A stretch of 64,000 nt of DNA from Haplodiscus bocki (lineage: Eukaryota): the NCBI GenBank assembly GCA_965655095.1, contig OZ296659.1, positions 45,260,001 to 45,324,000 on the forward strand, given 5' to 3'. Below the pieces are notes generated by a model. The model saw only the letters and a list, made by a program, of their open reading frames with translations. It ran no database searches and was not told the DNA's origin. The stretch's first letter is position 1, and each line of letters starts with the position of its first letter. The translations under genes were made by a program, and so were the position numbers. Shown here piece by piece: positions 1 to 12,400 of the stretch.

Positions 1-193
1 TAATGATAATTATTATGGTTTATACGTTTTCGGTAAAATTTATTAGGAAATTTTTACAGCTGCCCAACCAATTAAAGTAGAACAAAAATTTCATGCATTT
101 CTTCCTGATGATATAAATGGACATGCTTCAATATTAACAAACAATTTGGTTCCTACAAGCAGTGATGGACAAAGGCAATTTGATGTAGCCTAA
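1..193 (+). pseudogene. C-terminal fragment of a Polinton major capsid-like protein
   Basis: Translates ...INGHASILTNNLVPTSSDGQRQFDVA*, resembling (from recall) the C-terminus of adintovirus/Polinton capsid ORFs; adjacent to integrase and PolB. Confidence 0.5.
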
Positions 194-229
194 GTGATAA
201 TATGCAGTTGTTTCATAACACTTGAGTTT

Positions 230-880
230 CCTTTGATTGTTAAGAGCGTCTTTTTCAGTAGACCTGATGCTACTTGTCGTGTATATTATCTATTCGCTAA
301 CTTGGTTTTGTATCCTCAACAATTTCTTAGTTTTATAAATTTTTGATGCCCAACTAGTCGAATCAATTTTCGAGAACGTTTTCTTTAGATCTGCAGCTCT
401 AACGAGGTCCTGAATGTTTTATTTCGAGTTTAATTTTTTTCTTCTGTCTTATAGATTTTGATATACATAACCTTCATTTTTTTAACGGAAGCTCGTATTG
501 GTGTCAATTTAGTAAGGGTATGTATTCTCTTGTTATTTTGTTTCAACGCAAACAGCATCTACTCTTTAAAAAACAGGTTTTTTAGGAACATCTCTGATAC
601 AACGTTTGAATACTTTTGCGAAAACGCCTCCTTTTGATATTGTTATCGTTTGAGCTTTTTTATTTTTGAGAGGAAAGGTCCAAACAAACAAGCTAAAGTT
701 ATCGATTGCTTCTAAAACATTTCATATATTTTCGGGACCATATGTTTTTAAATTTAATTTATCTAAGCTCTAAGTATCATCGATATAAAACATCAGTTTT
801 GTTGGTGATATTGTTTTTCTGGTCCTTCGGCATGAATTTTTTTTCTAAAAACATCAATTGTTCTCTGAGACGTTTATTGT
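230..880 (-). pseudogene. Polinton retroviral-like (rve) integrase, degraded
   Basis: Minus strand reads SKGGVFAKVFKRCIRDVPKKPVF (AERFNRTIR-like), NKRIHTLTKLTPIRAS and DLVRAADLKKTFSK, with stops and frameshifts. Confidence 0.75.
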
Positions 881-932
881 ACACGAAAAGTACAGAGGGT
901 GCTTTGGATCCTCACCTAGGAGGATTATAACT

Positions 933-2200
933 TCAGGGCACACTATTAAATTTATCAATATAACACCGCTTATCATCAAAGGTGTTTAAAGCAATCTTTG
1001 GAAATTTAACTAACGAGATTTCTTGTTTATTATTTCTGAAAGAATAATTAACGCCATATAAATGATCCTGATTCTCGAAACATTTTATTAAAAGTTCTGA
1101 AGTGTATTTAATATGATCTTGCACTTCTTTATGGTTTCAATACGAAAATTTTTGTTTTAAATTGAAAAAATAAGATTTACTCGTTAGAAATATTGCTACT
1201 TCTGATTCTAATTCCCGAACTGTTTCCAGTTCCAACTCCGCGATAAGTTTTTGATATCGTTTGAATATTGTACAAGTGCTGGATCCAAAACACTAAAATC
1301 GAAAGCTTCTTTGAAAAGCTTCAAACCTTCAATCAATCCTTTATTTGGTTTCAATGAGAATAAAGTTGAGTCGGCATCAACAAAACGAAGTTCCAATTTT
1401 TTATCTCCAAAAAATGTTTGCGTTCCATCATAATATCAATCAATCATTATTAGTTTTGATAAATAAAATACACAAAACCCCACATAAAAAAGTTTTATAA
1501 ATTTTTTACTTTTTTTATTAAATGAATAAAAACTAAGTTTTTCATATTTTGCAGTTTTGTCATGAAAAGAAATCATTTGGACTGTCGGTTTAGTATTATA
1601 CAGCTATCTGATTCATCCATCAAAACAAGGTTCAGGCGTTGTCGAATGTTTTCAAACGTTTTTCCGTATTGCGATTGATTCACTAATTTGTAGAAACTTT
1701 TTTTCAAATTCGAGTTCTGCATTGGTTCTTCATTAGGAAATATATTTATTGTACTTTGCTAACCAATCAGATTAATTAAATCGATAAACATTGTTTGTCT
1801 TAAAACTTTGATTCAGTGCCTTAAATAAAGTTTTGAACTAAAAACAAATTTTTTCAATTTATTCAATTGTTCAAATGTTGGTGTATTCTTTTTTTGGAGA
1901 TGACATATCACCTTAAATAAATTGGGTAAAAAGTTTTTATATTGTTATTCTTGTTCACAGTGCTTATCTATTTTGTATTTTTCAGCTAAATTACTTCACA
2001 GGAAACAATAGTTATCATTATTTCGTATGTTTACAATTGATTCTGAACTGCAAAATAGTTTAGGCAATTTGCAATAACCAGATGTCGTTGTATCATGACC
2101 ACTAAACGTTTTTTTGTTATTTTTGTTAGACTATCAAACGTCTAAACACTTTCTCCGTCTTCGATTTTCCTGATTTGTTTACTTGTCTCATTTGCTTCAT
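933..2200 (-). pseudogene. Protein-primed family B DNA polymerase, degraded and internally deleted
   Basis: In order: SIVNIRNNDNYCFL (terminal-protein region, ~2000-2050), YKLVNQSQYGKTFENIR (motif B, ~1643-1692), FVDADS (motif C), KIALNTFDDKRCY (C-terminus). Confidence 0.85.
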
Positions 2201-3624
2201 TCACCTCATACTGATTTTTAACTTTGTTTGATAAAGTAAAAAAAGATAATGTTCCATGTGTTTGATGAATAAAATTTACGACAAAAACACTGTCAAGTTC
2301 GATTCTTTTTTTTATTCAAAAGGTGGAAATAAATTGTAAATTCATTAATGGTTTTTTCAACTAAACCAGTTACTTGATCGAAAGGTTGATTGAGATGTGT
2401 ATATGTTATATTGGTGAAGTTATTGTTTATTCTAGAGGAAACTACATTTTCTTCATGTGTATTAATTATAGATTGGGATCGTTTAGTATTAACTTTTATA
2501 GCTTGCTCACAAAATTCACAATACCATATTTTTTTGATTTTTTTTGTGTTCATCGGATTGTAAATGTGTACTTTCGTCTGCTAGATTTTTTACTCTTTTA
2601 CCTTGTTGGCCGTAGTATTGGTTATTTGTAGCGAGGGGTATGTTAGTAGATTCGTGGTTATAAATATTCTTCCGTTTATTTTGTGGATTACAAGTTGGAC
2701 AAGTCTCCATTATTTATATAGTATTGATTTGTTGACTGGTTTTTTTTCAATTATGAAACTCTCAATTTTATGTTCACATGCAAAGCAATCCTTTCTTCGT
2801 TTGAAATTCCACATATTCGTTCTGCGATCTTTTATTGTAGAAAACCGAAAGTTGATAGCTATAAAATAGTAAGTTTCTTCTATCAATTACTGTGTTATGT
2901 TTGGTTGGATCATCAGATAATGTTTTTAAAAAAACTGTACATGTAATTTCGCCATGCGCAGTTTTCAATAATAGGAAAAATTTCTATATGATAAGCTTGA
3001 ATTGTTTGTTAATTTCATAATTTCATTGGGTTTGTAATCATCTTTTTCAATTTCACCGTTTTGCTTAGGCAATCTATCGGACTGGCATGTAAACATTTTA
3101 AAACCTTTAGTTATTGTAATATAGCATACTTCATCAGATGATGTCTTACGTTCGAACTTTATATCATATTGAAATGATGTATACTCGAAAGTATCGGGAA
3201 ATTTATCTTTACAATCTTCATTAACATCTTTAAGTGAACTATCTATCTGAGTAATTTTTGAATTATCAAAACCGTTTTTCTTAACAATGAAAACAAATTG
3301 GCAATTTTTTCTGTGCGCTTGTAAAAAATAGAATTGATATGTCCAGTTTTATTTTTAAAGTTCATTTTTTCATCTTATAAACTTTAATACCATGTTCCTT
3401 TATCATTTTTGTTTGCTAAATTTGACATAAGTTCACAGTGCTGACAAAAACATTGGTTATTTATACGAGGTGGGTATGATTCAAATTACGAGTTGTACAA
3501 GTTAAGTTCTCCATTCACTCAACATGATTTTATTGAGATGTCTCTTTCATTTTCATTTTTTAAGCTAAGTGTAAAGGTTATATATTTATCAAACGCAATC
3601 AGATATAACAACCTAATCCTATAC

Positions 3625-3845
3625 CTTTTAGTTTTCTTGGTTTTGTTCTGAGTTTTTTTTCAGTTTTTTCTTTTTTTTTCGGGTTTTTTTTGTTTTCTTT
3701 CTATTTTTTTCTTTTTTTTTGTTAAATTTTTATTTTTTTCAAATTTTTCTTCTTTTTTGATTTTTTTAAATTTTTTAACTCAAATTTTTTCAAGTTTTAT
3801 TTCTATTATTTTTTTCGGTTTTTTTTAACTTTTTTTGAGAAGTTT
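3625..3845. repeat. T-rich low-complexity tract
   Basis: About 220 bp of interrupted poly-T runs. Confidence 0.85.
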
Positions 3846-3931
3846 TAACTCTATTAGTGTGTACTCCTATGATATATTAAAATTGTACTTTGCTATTTAC
3901 CCCTTTTGGTACGGTGTATTATAATATTTTC

Positions 3932-4630
3932 TTACATACTAAGGGACCCACTACGGCCATGACCTTTTTTACTTGTTTTTGCTAAGATTATGTTGAATTT
4001 AATGATATTTCAGGCAATTTTGTCTGATTTTCACTCTTTTTCACTGTTTTTTTGAGTTCTTGATGGTATTTTTTTCAGTCATTGTTTCCGAAAATTTTGC
4101 CATTCTTTAGATTTTTTCAAGACCTTTCATATGGTATATTATATTTTTCTGTAGCTCAAATATTAAATACTTTTGGCAAAATAGTAATCTGGTTTTGTGT
4201 TCCACGTTGTTTTTTGATTATGTTTTCAGAAATTAAAAATCGAATTGAGATTGTAAACTAAAATCAAAATCAAAATTCTGTCGACCTTTTTCACCAATTT
4301 TTTCGCCTTTTTGGTCGAAACTTTTTGATCTACGTTGGTGTAGTGGTCTAAAAAAACTTCGAATAAATTTTTTATTACGCAGCTGGAAAAGAAATGTGTA
4401 AAAAATTTTGATAGTGAAGAAAATTTTTTTACTGCTTTTTTTTCATTATTTCTGTGTACCCGCATTGACACAGTATAATTATATTTTCCTGTGTACCCTC
4501 ATTGATATTTTATAATACAAATCATTCTTTTTACATACTATGGGACCAAATACGGCTATGGCCTATTTTACTTTTTTTTGCTAAGGTTTCGTTAAATTTA
4601 ATGAAATTTCAGTTGATTTTGACTAACTTT
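3932..4630 (+). repeat. Diverged ~100-bp direct repeat pair (3932-4031 and 4531-4630)
   Basis: ttacatactaagggacccactacggccatgacc... versus ttacatactatgggaccaaatacggctatggcc...; also a short tandem pair ctgtgtaccc(g/t)cattga at ~4452 and ~4490. Confidence 0.8.
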
Positions 4631-5849
4631 TTCTGTTGTTCCTTGTTCTTTAACTGCTTTTGCTTTATTTTGTCCCCGTAGTTGATTTTACCATATACTC
4701 AGGTCGATAGGGAAGTTGCTTGCTAAATCCTTTGAAAGAGCTCCCATCAACTTGTCCATACTTTCCTGTCTGTCACTTCAATTAACGAAACCAAACTTGA
4801 GCGTCACTCCAATAAAAAGCGCTGCTTGAATTTTGTGCCACCTGTATTGGGGAATCTCCGTTGCTCTTCGAATGAATGAATCAATGAAACTTCAACCTCC
4901 GACAACCTGGAAACCCAAAATGATCAGTTAGGACACATTCAAGAAGATGAACGATCAAGAACATAGAGCTTCTATGAGCTGTTTTCTGCGAAATGTTCGA
5001 CTACGTGCTGCGTCGCACAAAACACTGGCGAAGCTGGAAATTCATAAAAAATACGTGAAAAAGCTCGGTACGTTACCAAGCAGTTGGTCTGACAGATCAT
5101 CTAACTTGCACAGGAACCTCCGTGCAAACCACAAAGTTCAACCAAATGATCGATCAACCAGATGCCACTCACTGCAACAGGGTGTTGCAAAGTTGGTATT
5201 TTTATCCAGCAGCATCAAGCTAGTCAACAAGAGTAATCATCCTAGACAGGTGGCCATAGACGCGTATCCGGGAACAACTACTGCTGGGAAAGCAAGCTTA
5301 TTATATGTAGACATTGAAATTAACACTGGTGCAGTGTTATCGCAGTGATCTATTGAAAATTATCTTACGGAAAGAGAAGCAACTCATGATTTTGCATCAA
5401 AAAACAGTGCTAAAAAACTTTCGTTCTACCCAGAACAAATGCAAACACGCCTTATCTTTAGAGCAACTATTACAAGTTTCAGCTGTTTTTTTTCTACAAC
5501 AATATAAATTGTCTTTCTAGGTTACTCCAATAAAGACTAATGGAATGTTAACAAGCGTGGTTTGCTTTCCCCTAGAAGAGACCCTCAAGCTCCAGATGTT
5601 CCATGCCCGATTGAGTCAACAATAAATATTGAATAAATTCTTATCGATTACCTTGATCAAAGTTTAGTTTTTCAGGTTCCTTTCGAAGCTGATCATTGAG
5701 CAACAGTTGTACTAACACCCCAAAACAAAGGATACGAAGCCGAAAATCAAATGCAGTTTTGCTGATGAAATTTTGAGAAAAGCCTTTCTGTGGAAACTTT
5801 GATGGTTGGTGTACATAAATGTGCTAATGCTCCTCAAATCCTGAAAAAA

Positions 5850-6293
5850 ATCAATTCCCCAGTAAACAGAGCATTGAGGAAGCTCATCACTTTGAGAATG
5901 GTCTGCATTAGAATCTGGAAGTCCGGAAATATTCTAAGGTTGAGTGGCTTGAAATCGACCGAGTTTTATTCTTCGACAATGCACACTGGAATCCAAAAAA
6001 AAACGTTAAAACAGTCCTAGAGTTAAAGGTGTGAAGTTGAGAATCAGAGAAAAATGTCTTCCATCTCAGCTATGTGATTCAAACAAGCGCTTTTGAAAAA
6101 AATGCTTCTAAATCTAGCTGGCGACTTGTTAATAATATCTGCAGCTTCTAAATTGAACTTGCGGAAAAATCAGTTCTAAGAATTTCTTCTGGAGAAAAAT
6201 TTTAGGGAAGAAAGAATTAGCCGATTTCCCTATTTACAATTTTGTCCATTAGCATAGTTTTTGCAAGTAAGGCGATTGAATCGAGAAAGGAAG
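5850..6293 (+). mobile_element. Possible APE endonuclease region of a CR1/L2-like LINE (part 5' of the Polinton A insertion)
   Basis: Degenerate motifs in APE order: NRALR (NxRSL), KVEWL (ETWL), RVKGV (RGGGV), ADFPI (GDFN). Highly decayed. Confidence 0.35.
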
Positions 6294-6353
6294 AGTAGTA
6301 TAGAGGTTTGTATGATTCGCAACGGGTCCCAGGATTGATGCAATCCTTCAACG
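6294..6353 (+). repeat. Left terminal inverted repeat of Polinton A
   Basis: agtagtatagaggtttgtatgattcgcaacgggtcccaggattgatgcaatccttcaacg closely matches the reverse complement of 21018-21077. Confidence 0.92.
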
Positions 6354-8854
6354 CGAGAGATGATCCTCCCTCCAGACAAGCGTAGGTTACAAATTCAGGT
6401 TGTGTGACTGTGCACATTTCAAGTGTTTATTTACATAGCGGAAAAGCTGAAGTTACAGTGACCCAGTCCAACTAACGGTAGCTGAACCACACATCACCTC
6501 CTCACTAACTGCGCTATGTCCCAAAACAGAAGAAATGTTTAGGGTGATATCAAAACAGTAGATACTCAGGCGGCACTATTACAAAAAAAATGCACTACTT
6601 GATAAAAGATTTAAACTGAGAAAAGCGAAACGAAAACACGGAAGATCTTAAGTCCTACATAGAAAGGTAGACTTTTAGATATTTACGATTTGTCATAGAC
6701 GATTTTGATTTTCGCAAAAATTGGCTCTCTCAAGTGTTGAAAGAAAATTCAAGTGTCTCATGGTTTGATCAACAAGAAGTCAGAGGTTCCTTAACATCAA
6801 TTTTATCCGAAATTTTGCCAAATCAACACTCATTGCTCTCTAATTTGAATTACAAAAATTAACCCAACTTCAGAAAAAAAAACAAACAATCAACCATCTA
6901 TCGAATTACAGAAAAAACACTATTTCTGAACGGACGACCTTACAATTTTGAAGAAATCCAAATCGAAGTGCCAAAGCTAATCATCATGTCAGCCGACCAG
7001 GAATTAGTTGAAGTCAAAGACAATATCTCGGATGACAAAGAGAACACTAAACCCGTCAGTACCACGAAATCCATTCTCTTTTCAAAAAACAACCTCCGGA
7101 AAAATAGCTGACAATTTGAACTGGAAATCGAAAGGAGATAACGCTGAGAGCAATTAGACACAGAGTTTACGAAAAGTACCTGCCTAAAAAGGTAAAAAAT
7201 TCTCTTCTACGAGAAAACAGATTACTTTGAAAGTGCAGCACCTCACAACAAAAAGAAATACCAAACGAAACCAATTCCGAGTCCGCTATCAAGCAAAAGC
7301 TATGGCAGCCGATGAAGATGGGTTCTATGGCTTTGCTGAAGTTATAAGGCCGGCGCACAAATGGGCGAAAGAACAAGCAAAGTCAAGGCACTAGCCCATA
7401 TGTAACAACAATTATTGGGCTCAACCTTACATCGGAATATAAAGATGGTTCGCAAAATTGTTAAAGGAAAGCACGCGAGTACAACCGTGATTTTGAATCC
7501 TGCACCATGGATTAATGTGTACATTCCTATCCACTTGCCGAAAAACGTTCCTACACTGTCGCATCGAAGACTCTGGCATCAACATTTCTGGGAGAGAAAG
7601 TGACCTTATCAACATGGCCACCACAAATGATAAAGCCAAGCGTATGCTTACATTTTGTAATGAACACTTGGTTTATTTATTTTCGGTGTTTCATTTCAGG
7701 TAATTTTGTACCAAACTTTTTTGTTGTTCTTCTGAATCCTTCAGAGTTCTCTTTATGAGGACAAAATTATCCTCAGTGGTGTATCCGGCACCTCACAGTC
7801 TCAGATTAATTCATCCCAGGGACTCTTATACCGGCTCTAATTAAACGGGCGATGTGTATTGCTGGAATTTCTTGATAAAATTTGATTCGTTTTCCAACGT
7901 AACGGACTTGTGAAGAATATTTCGCTGATAGTTTCGACGAGCAATTCCATTTCGATATGGTTCTTTTTCAGTAGCAAAACTTTAATGGTGTTTTGAGCAA
8001 CACTTTTGTGCGGTACTGTTTTGAGGAGCAATTTGATACAGTCCTCTTTCGTTAGCGACTTTTTTGCGATGCTATGGACAACAAATTTGAACGATACTTT
8101 TTTTGGAGAGAAGTTTGATAGGGTTTTCCTTCGATAGCAACATTTTAACCTTGTACTGGGCGGAATATTCTTACGATAATTTTCTGACGAGCATTTCGAG
8201 ACGGTGCAATATCTATTGGGTTTTTCAACGGTAATTTGGGCATCATTCTTGTATGATACTTTTCTGACAAGCATTTGGATAGACATGGAACAAAATACTG
8301 AAAAACAGACAAAGACAACAAACAAGATCCCAAAAAAACTTACTCTTTGTCGCTAGAGATCAATACCACACCACTGCGTTTATATAAAGGCTCAAACAGA
8401 GAAAATGAGCGAGGAGGTTCCTGCTCTGAAAGATGTTTTACAGAATGAATATCCAAATTAAAACTCTCCCATGAAGTGTCGACTTACTCAGCTTCGTCAT
8501 CAATGAAAAGAGAATAGAATCGGCAGCCTATAGATTAATTTTTCGTAACTTCATCAAGGGCCGCGATACCTCCGAAATCACTTTTTGACTAGATCCGTTG
8601 AATAATATCAAGGTCTAGTGCTGAAAATCTTTCATCTGATCAAAGAGACAAGGTGATAAACTCATCAACTTCAATATAATCCCCCACCTGATAGCGTTGC
8701 GTTGATGAGAGCAATCTTGCTAGTCGTAAAACAGTAATTTCTCTAACAATTCTCGACCAATTCAGCGTCAAAAAATTTTCCTACATCTCGTTTTTTTCAA
8801 TCCGGTCATGTTCCTCCGCAACTGCTCTCAAAACAGGGGTGTAACGAGTTTTCA

Positions 8855-11800
8855 AATGTCCAAAAGGTAAACAATTTATGACATCTTCTAGACGGAATGT
8901 CTTATGATCAATGTCAGACAGGGAAATTCTTAAGGTTTTGGAATGCCATGAGACCAGGTTTCAAAGAGCTTCTTCTAATGTTAACTGAGCGCATGATACC
9001 ACCTTTGTTCGAAACGTTTTTGTAAACCTGATAGATTAGGATTAATGCTTGAGCAAAGCGACAAACACCTTTGGCTGACAGTTTCTGATTGTCTTTAGAA
9101 AAGATAGATTAAATCTTCACTTCCAATTAAACAGACTTCTTACTACTGCTTCCACTTATGTCATTCATGAACTTCAAGGTAACAATTTTTTTGCGGAGGA
9201 ACAAGGAAGGGGATTAGCAGGGTAGTTTGAAAAATTGAAAGGTTGTTACGAAGAATCGTTTCCCAAGATTATTTCGTTGAAGTTTTCGCTACGTCTCAAA
9301 GAGAGCAGACAATCACTAAAAGACTGAAGCGAAAAGCATCCAAACGTAGCTTTCATCACTTACGGAATCAAAAGAACGTTCACGAAAAGACACCACTAAA
9401 CCAAATGATCGCGAAAAAACAAAACGGAACTATTAGTTTCAGGAAAGACAATAATTTGCGCTTTTTGGAAGCAACTCAACGAAACTAATTTCCTAATTAA
9501 AGTAGAACATGTGATAATTTGCCAAGTCGAAGTTACCAGCACCCACAAGACCAGAGAGTCTGGTTCTCGCGACAAGTAACAACGGTGTTTTTGTCAGCGA
9601 AAAATTTATTGGATTTAATGAAACTATTTTCTAGGTTTTCCGGAACACCTTCTCAAGGATGTGGAGTGTTGACAAAAACTCGATTGCATTTGCTTTCGAA
9701 AGTTTTACCGTAGAATGAGTTTGTCATCAATTTGTAAAAGTATTCTGAAAAATGGTTTGTAGTTTTTTAACACATTTCGGTCTTCAAGTTTGTTGACTGA
9801 AACTTTTCAAGGTACTGAATGAACTTCAAAAAGTTTCTTTCCAATGGTTACATGCATTCTAAGGTGATGAATTGCAAAGTTTAAATGCTGTTTTGATTCG
9901 AGGTTTGCACAGGTTTTTTGTTAGACACTCGCTTTTCCCCGTGCTTTTCCACGAGAGATAACTGGAAATCAGAGACTTTCATGATCAATTTTTCCTTTTG
10001 TCGGGGTAAGGAAACGTCTTTGTAATTTATGAAGAGAATTGAGATGCTCTCAATCGACTTTGAGGTGAAGGCCACCGGGGGAATCAATTGAGGTGTTCAA
10101 GATTAGATACAATGACAACTTGTTAGCTACTTCAAAAACACACAATGGCCTATGATACTTCACCATGGCACCACCATATGAGTTAATAGATTCTATCATT
10201 AGAACGAGCGTTTTAGTTCTCACTTCGTCCGAAATTGACAACGAATCGTTATTGCTTGTCGCAAGATATTCGGGGGAAACAGAAGCAAATCAACCCTTGC
10301 ACAAATTTTCGGCAAATTCTAATTGTTCTCGATCTGCAAATCTTTCCAGAGAGGCAATAATAAGTTTGGGAAATGCATCGCCAGAGAGAAGAGAAAAAGG
10401 GGCATTAGTGTGCACTGTCTTATCCATAAAAAGATTGAGCCAGTTTGCGGAAAAACTCAAAAACACAAGCCAACAGGAGATTACCAGTATAGAGGTAGAA
10501 ATTATGATAATCTCCGCGGTTTTCACATTCAAAAGTTTCCAGCACTTTCTGCACATGGAGAAGACTGTCTGAGGTGACAGGCAATTTTCCACCGTGCAGA
10601 GAGTTAGTCCAGTAACGGAGTTCACGTAATCACGTTTCCAAAGTTTCCGCAGTAGAATCGAATTAACTGTAGGGACAGAAACTTTTTTGACACAGAAGTT
10701 GGTGGTCCGATTCATTGTATCCGGAAGTTTTCCTTAGACGAGAAACTTACTAGCTTTTCGAAGAATCCTTAAACTGGCAAAAGGCGACGAATCTAAGGTA
10801 TTCGTATACATTGCTTTTCAACGCCCCAAGTATAATTATACCTCGCAACTTAAACACCTATAGAAAACGTTCAAGACTTTTGACCAGTCACAGGGTTAAC
10901 ATGAACCGTGGAACCGTTCGAAAAGAGAGTTAGATTTTCAAAGATATGACGTAGATGATAGTTTGACAATTTGTGACCTGATAATCGGAAACAATTAACT
11001 GTCCTCATTTTCAAGATGCATTTGCTATGCGACATGCCGGTGAAGTGGCAGTGCACTGAAACTTTGTCTTTTTCTGTCAATGGAAGCTCACACAGCCAAC
11101 ACAACGAACTATCAACCAAAGAAACAGAACCTCCTAAAAATCTCTAATGCTGATTTTTTCTGATAGATATCACCTGCAAAACCTGCCAAAACATCTACAA
11201 TTGTTTCCATACAATTTCCCAACCGCTCAAGTTTTTTGCGAACGCCGGTTTTGTGTTGTACAGTTCAGAAACTATCAAACAAAAATCACACGGGTGGTGA
11301 ACTTCATTGGACTCCGTTGAGCCACAGTTGACGTCGTTTTGACGTCCGCAGGCTTTATCAGGGTTTCAAAATCAAAATAAATCACGAAATGCGCGAACCA
11401 TTTAGACTGATAATTGGTTAAATTCATAACTTTTTTCTCATTGCTCGACATTTCGATTGTAGCATGCTCAATTCCGAAACTTGTTTTGATCTTGTGTTGA
11501 TAAATGAGTTCGCATGAGCAAATATCGAACCAAATGCGGCCGATTCGACTCATGCAATCGGCGGACTTGCTGTGGTATGTTACTAACAAGAATGTTTAGA
11601 GCTTCATCTAGAACATGGTGACCAATTTGTCCACCAGTTACGACGAACAGGTCCAACATTAACCAAAAATCTCTGATTTTTGAAAGGGGGAGAGGATTCA
11701 AGCTATAGTTTTGGAACCGAAGAAGATTCGCTTGACTTTTCTTCCGTTTCCCGAACCTTGGTATCTCGTTGGAACCCATAGAGGTTACAAAATCTCCCAC

Positions 11801-12400
11801 CGGATGTTGGGCTACTTTATTTGAAGTTTTAATATGTCAGTGCTAATGCGCAAAAGACAGGAAGCCTTTTCATGAAGACCTGAAATGCCCTGCGGCTTTG
11901 ATAAAATACAAGAAGCAGAGATTGTCATCGCGTTGCCTGATGTTGAGGTCACAATTCAAACTCTGTAGAACTGCTGGTAGAGCTAATTAGGACGATACCC
12001 TATGCTGCAATTAACACACTAATTGCATGTCAACTCCGTCATTTTTCTTCAAGATCAATCTAGCTCCGTGAGAGCTAAAAGTGCGTAATTTGAAAGCATT
12101 TTATGAAGCACTCGTGAAAATTTTTCATCAGGAGGACGTTAACCAAAAAAAACCTTTTCCTTTTTGGAGCTGGCAGAAATTCTTGTTAGAACACAAATGT
12201 TTACAAAACATAAACGGCATCGTGAAGATAAAACGTGCTGTCTACGCTAATCTCACGAAGTCTCAACACAGTTAGTTAGGGAGCTTTTGGTGCCAATTTA
12301 AAGATAGAAGCGTACAAATACTCTTTTATCTAGGCCACTTATCCAAACAGAGAAGTTAGTCATGTGTAACAAGTTAAGACTCTCCTTTAAAAAACCAAAA
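8855..12400 (-). pseudogene. Protein-primed PolB of Polinton A with HNH/endonuclease-VII-like insert
   Basis: Ordered motifs on the minus strand: LNIRQRDDNLCFLY, HFVIYFDFETL (ExoI), CWLC...VHCHFTG (endoVII-like), INSYGGAM (motif A), FYKLMTNSFYGKT (motif B, ~9700-9740), LSAKGV, ISLSDIDHK...LPFGH. Confidence 0.9.

Larger units (their letters stand above)
1..4640. mobile_element. Polinton/Maverick remnant D (runs off the left window edge; right boundary approximate)
   Basis: Contains an MCP-like C-terminus (+), an rve integrase (-) and a protein-primed PolB (-), followed by AT-rich direct repeats at 3.9-4.6 kb. Confidence 0.75.
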
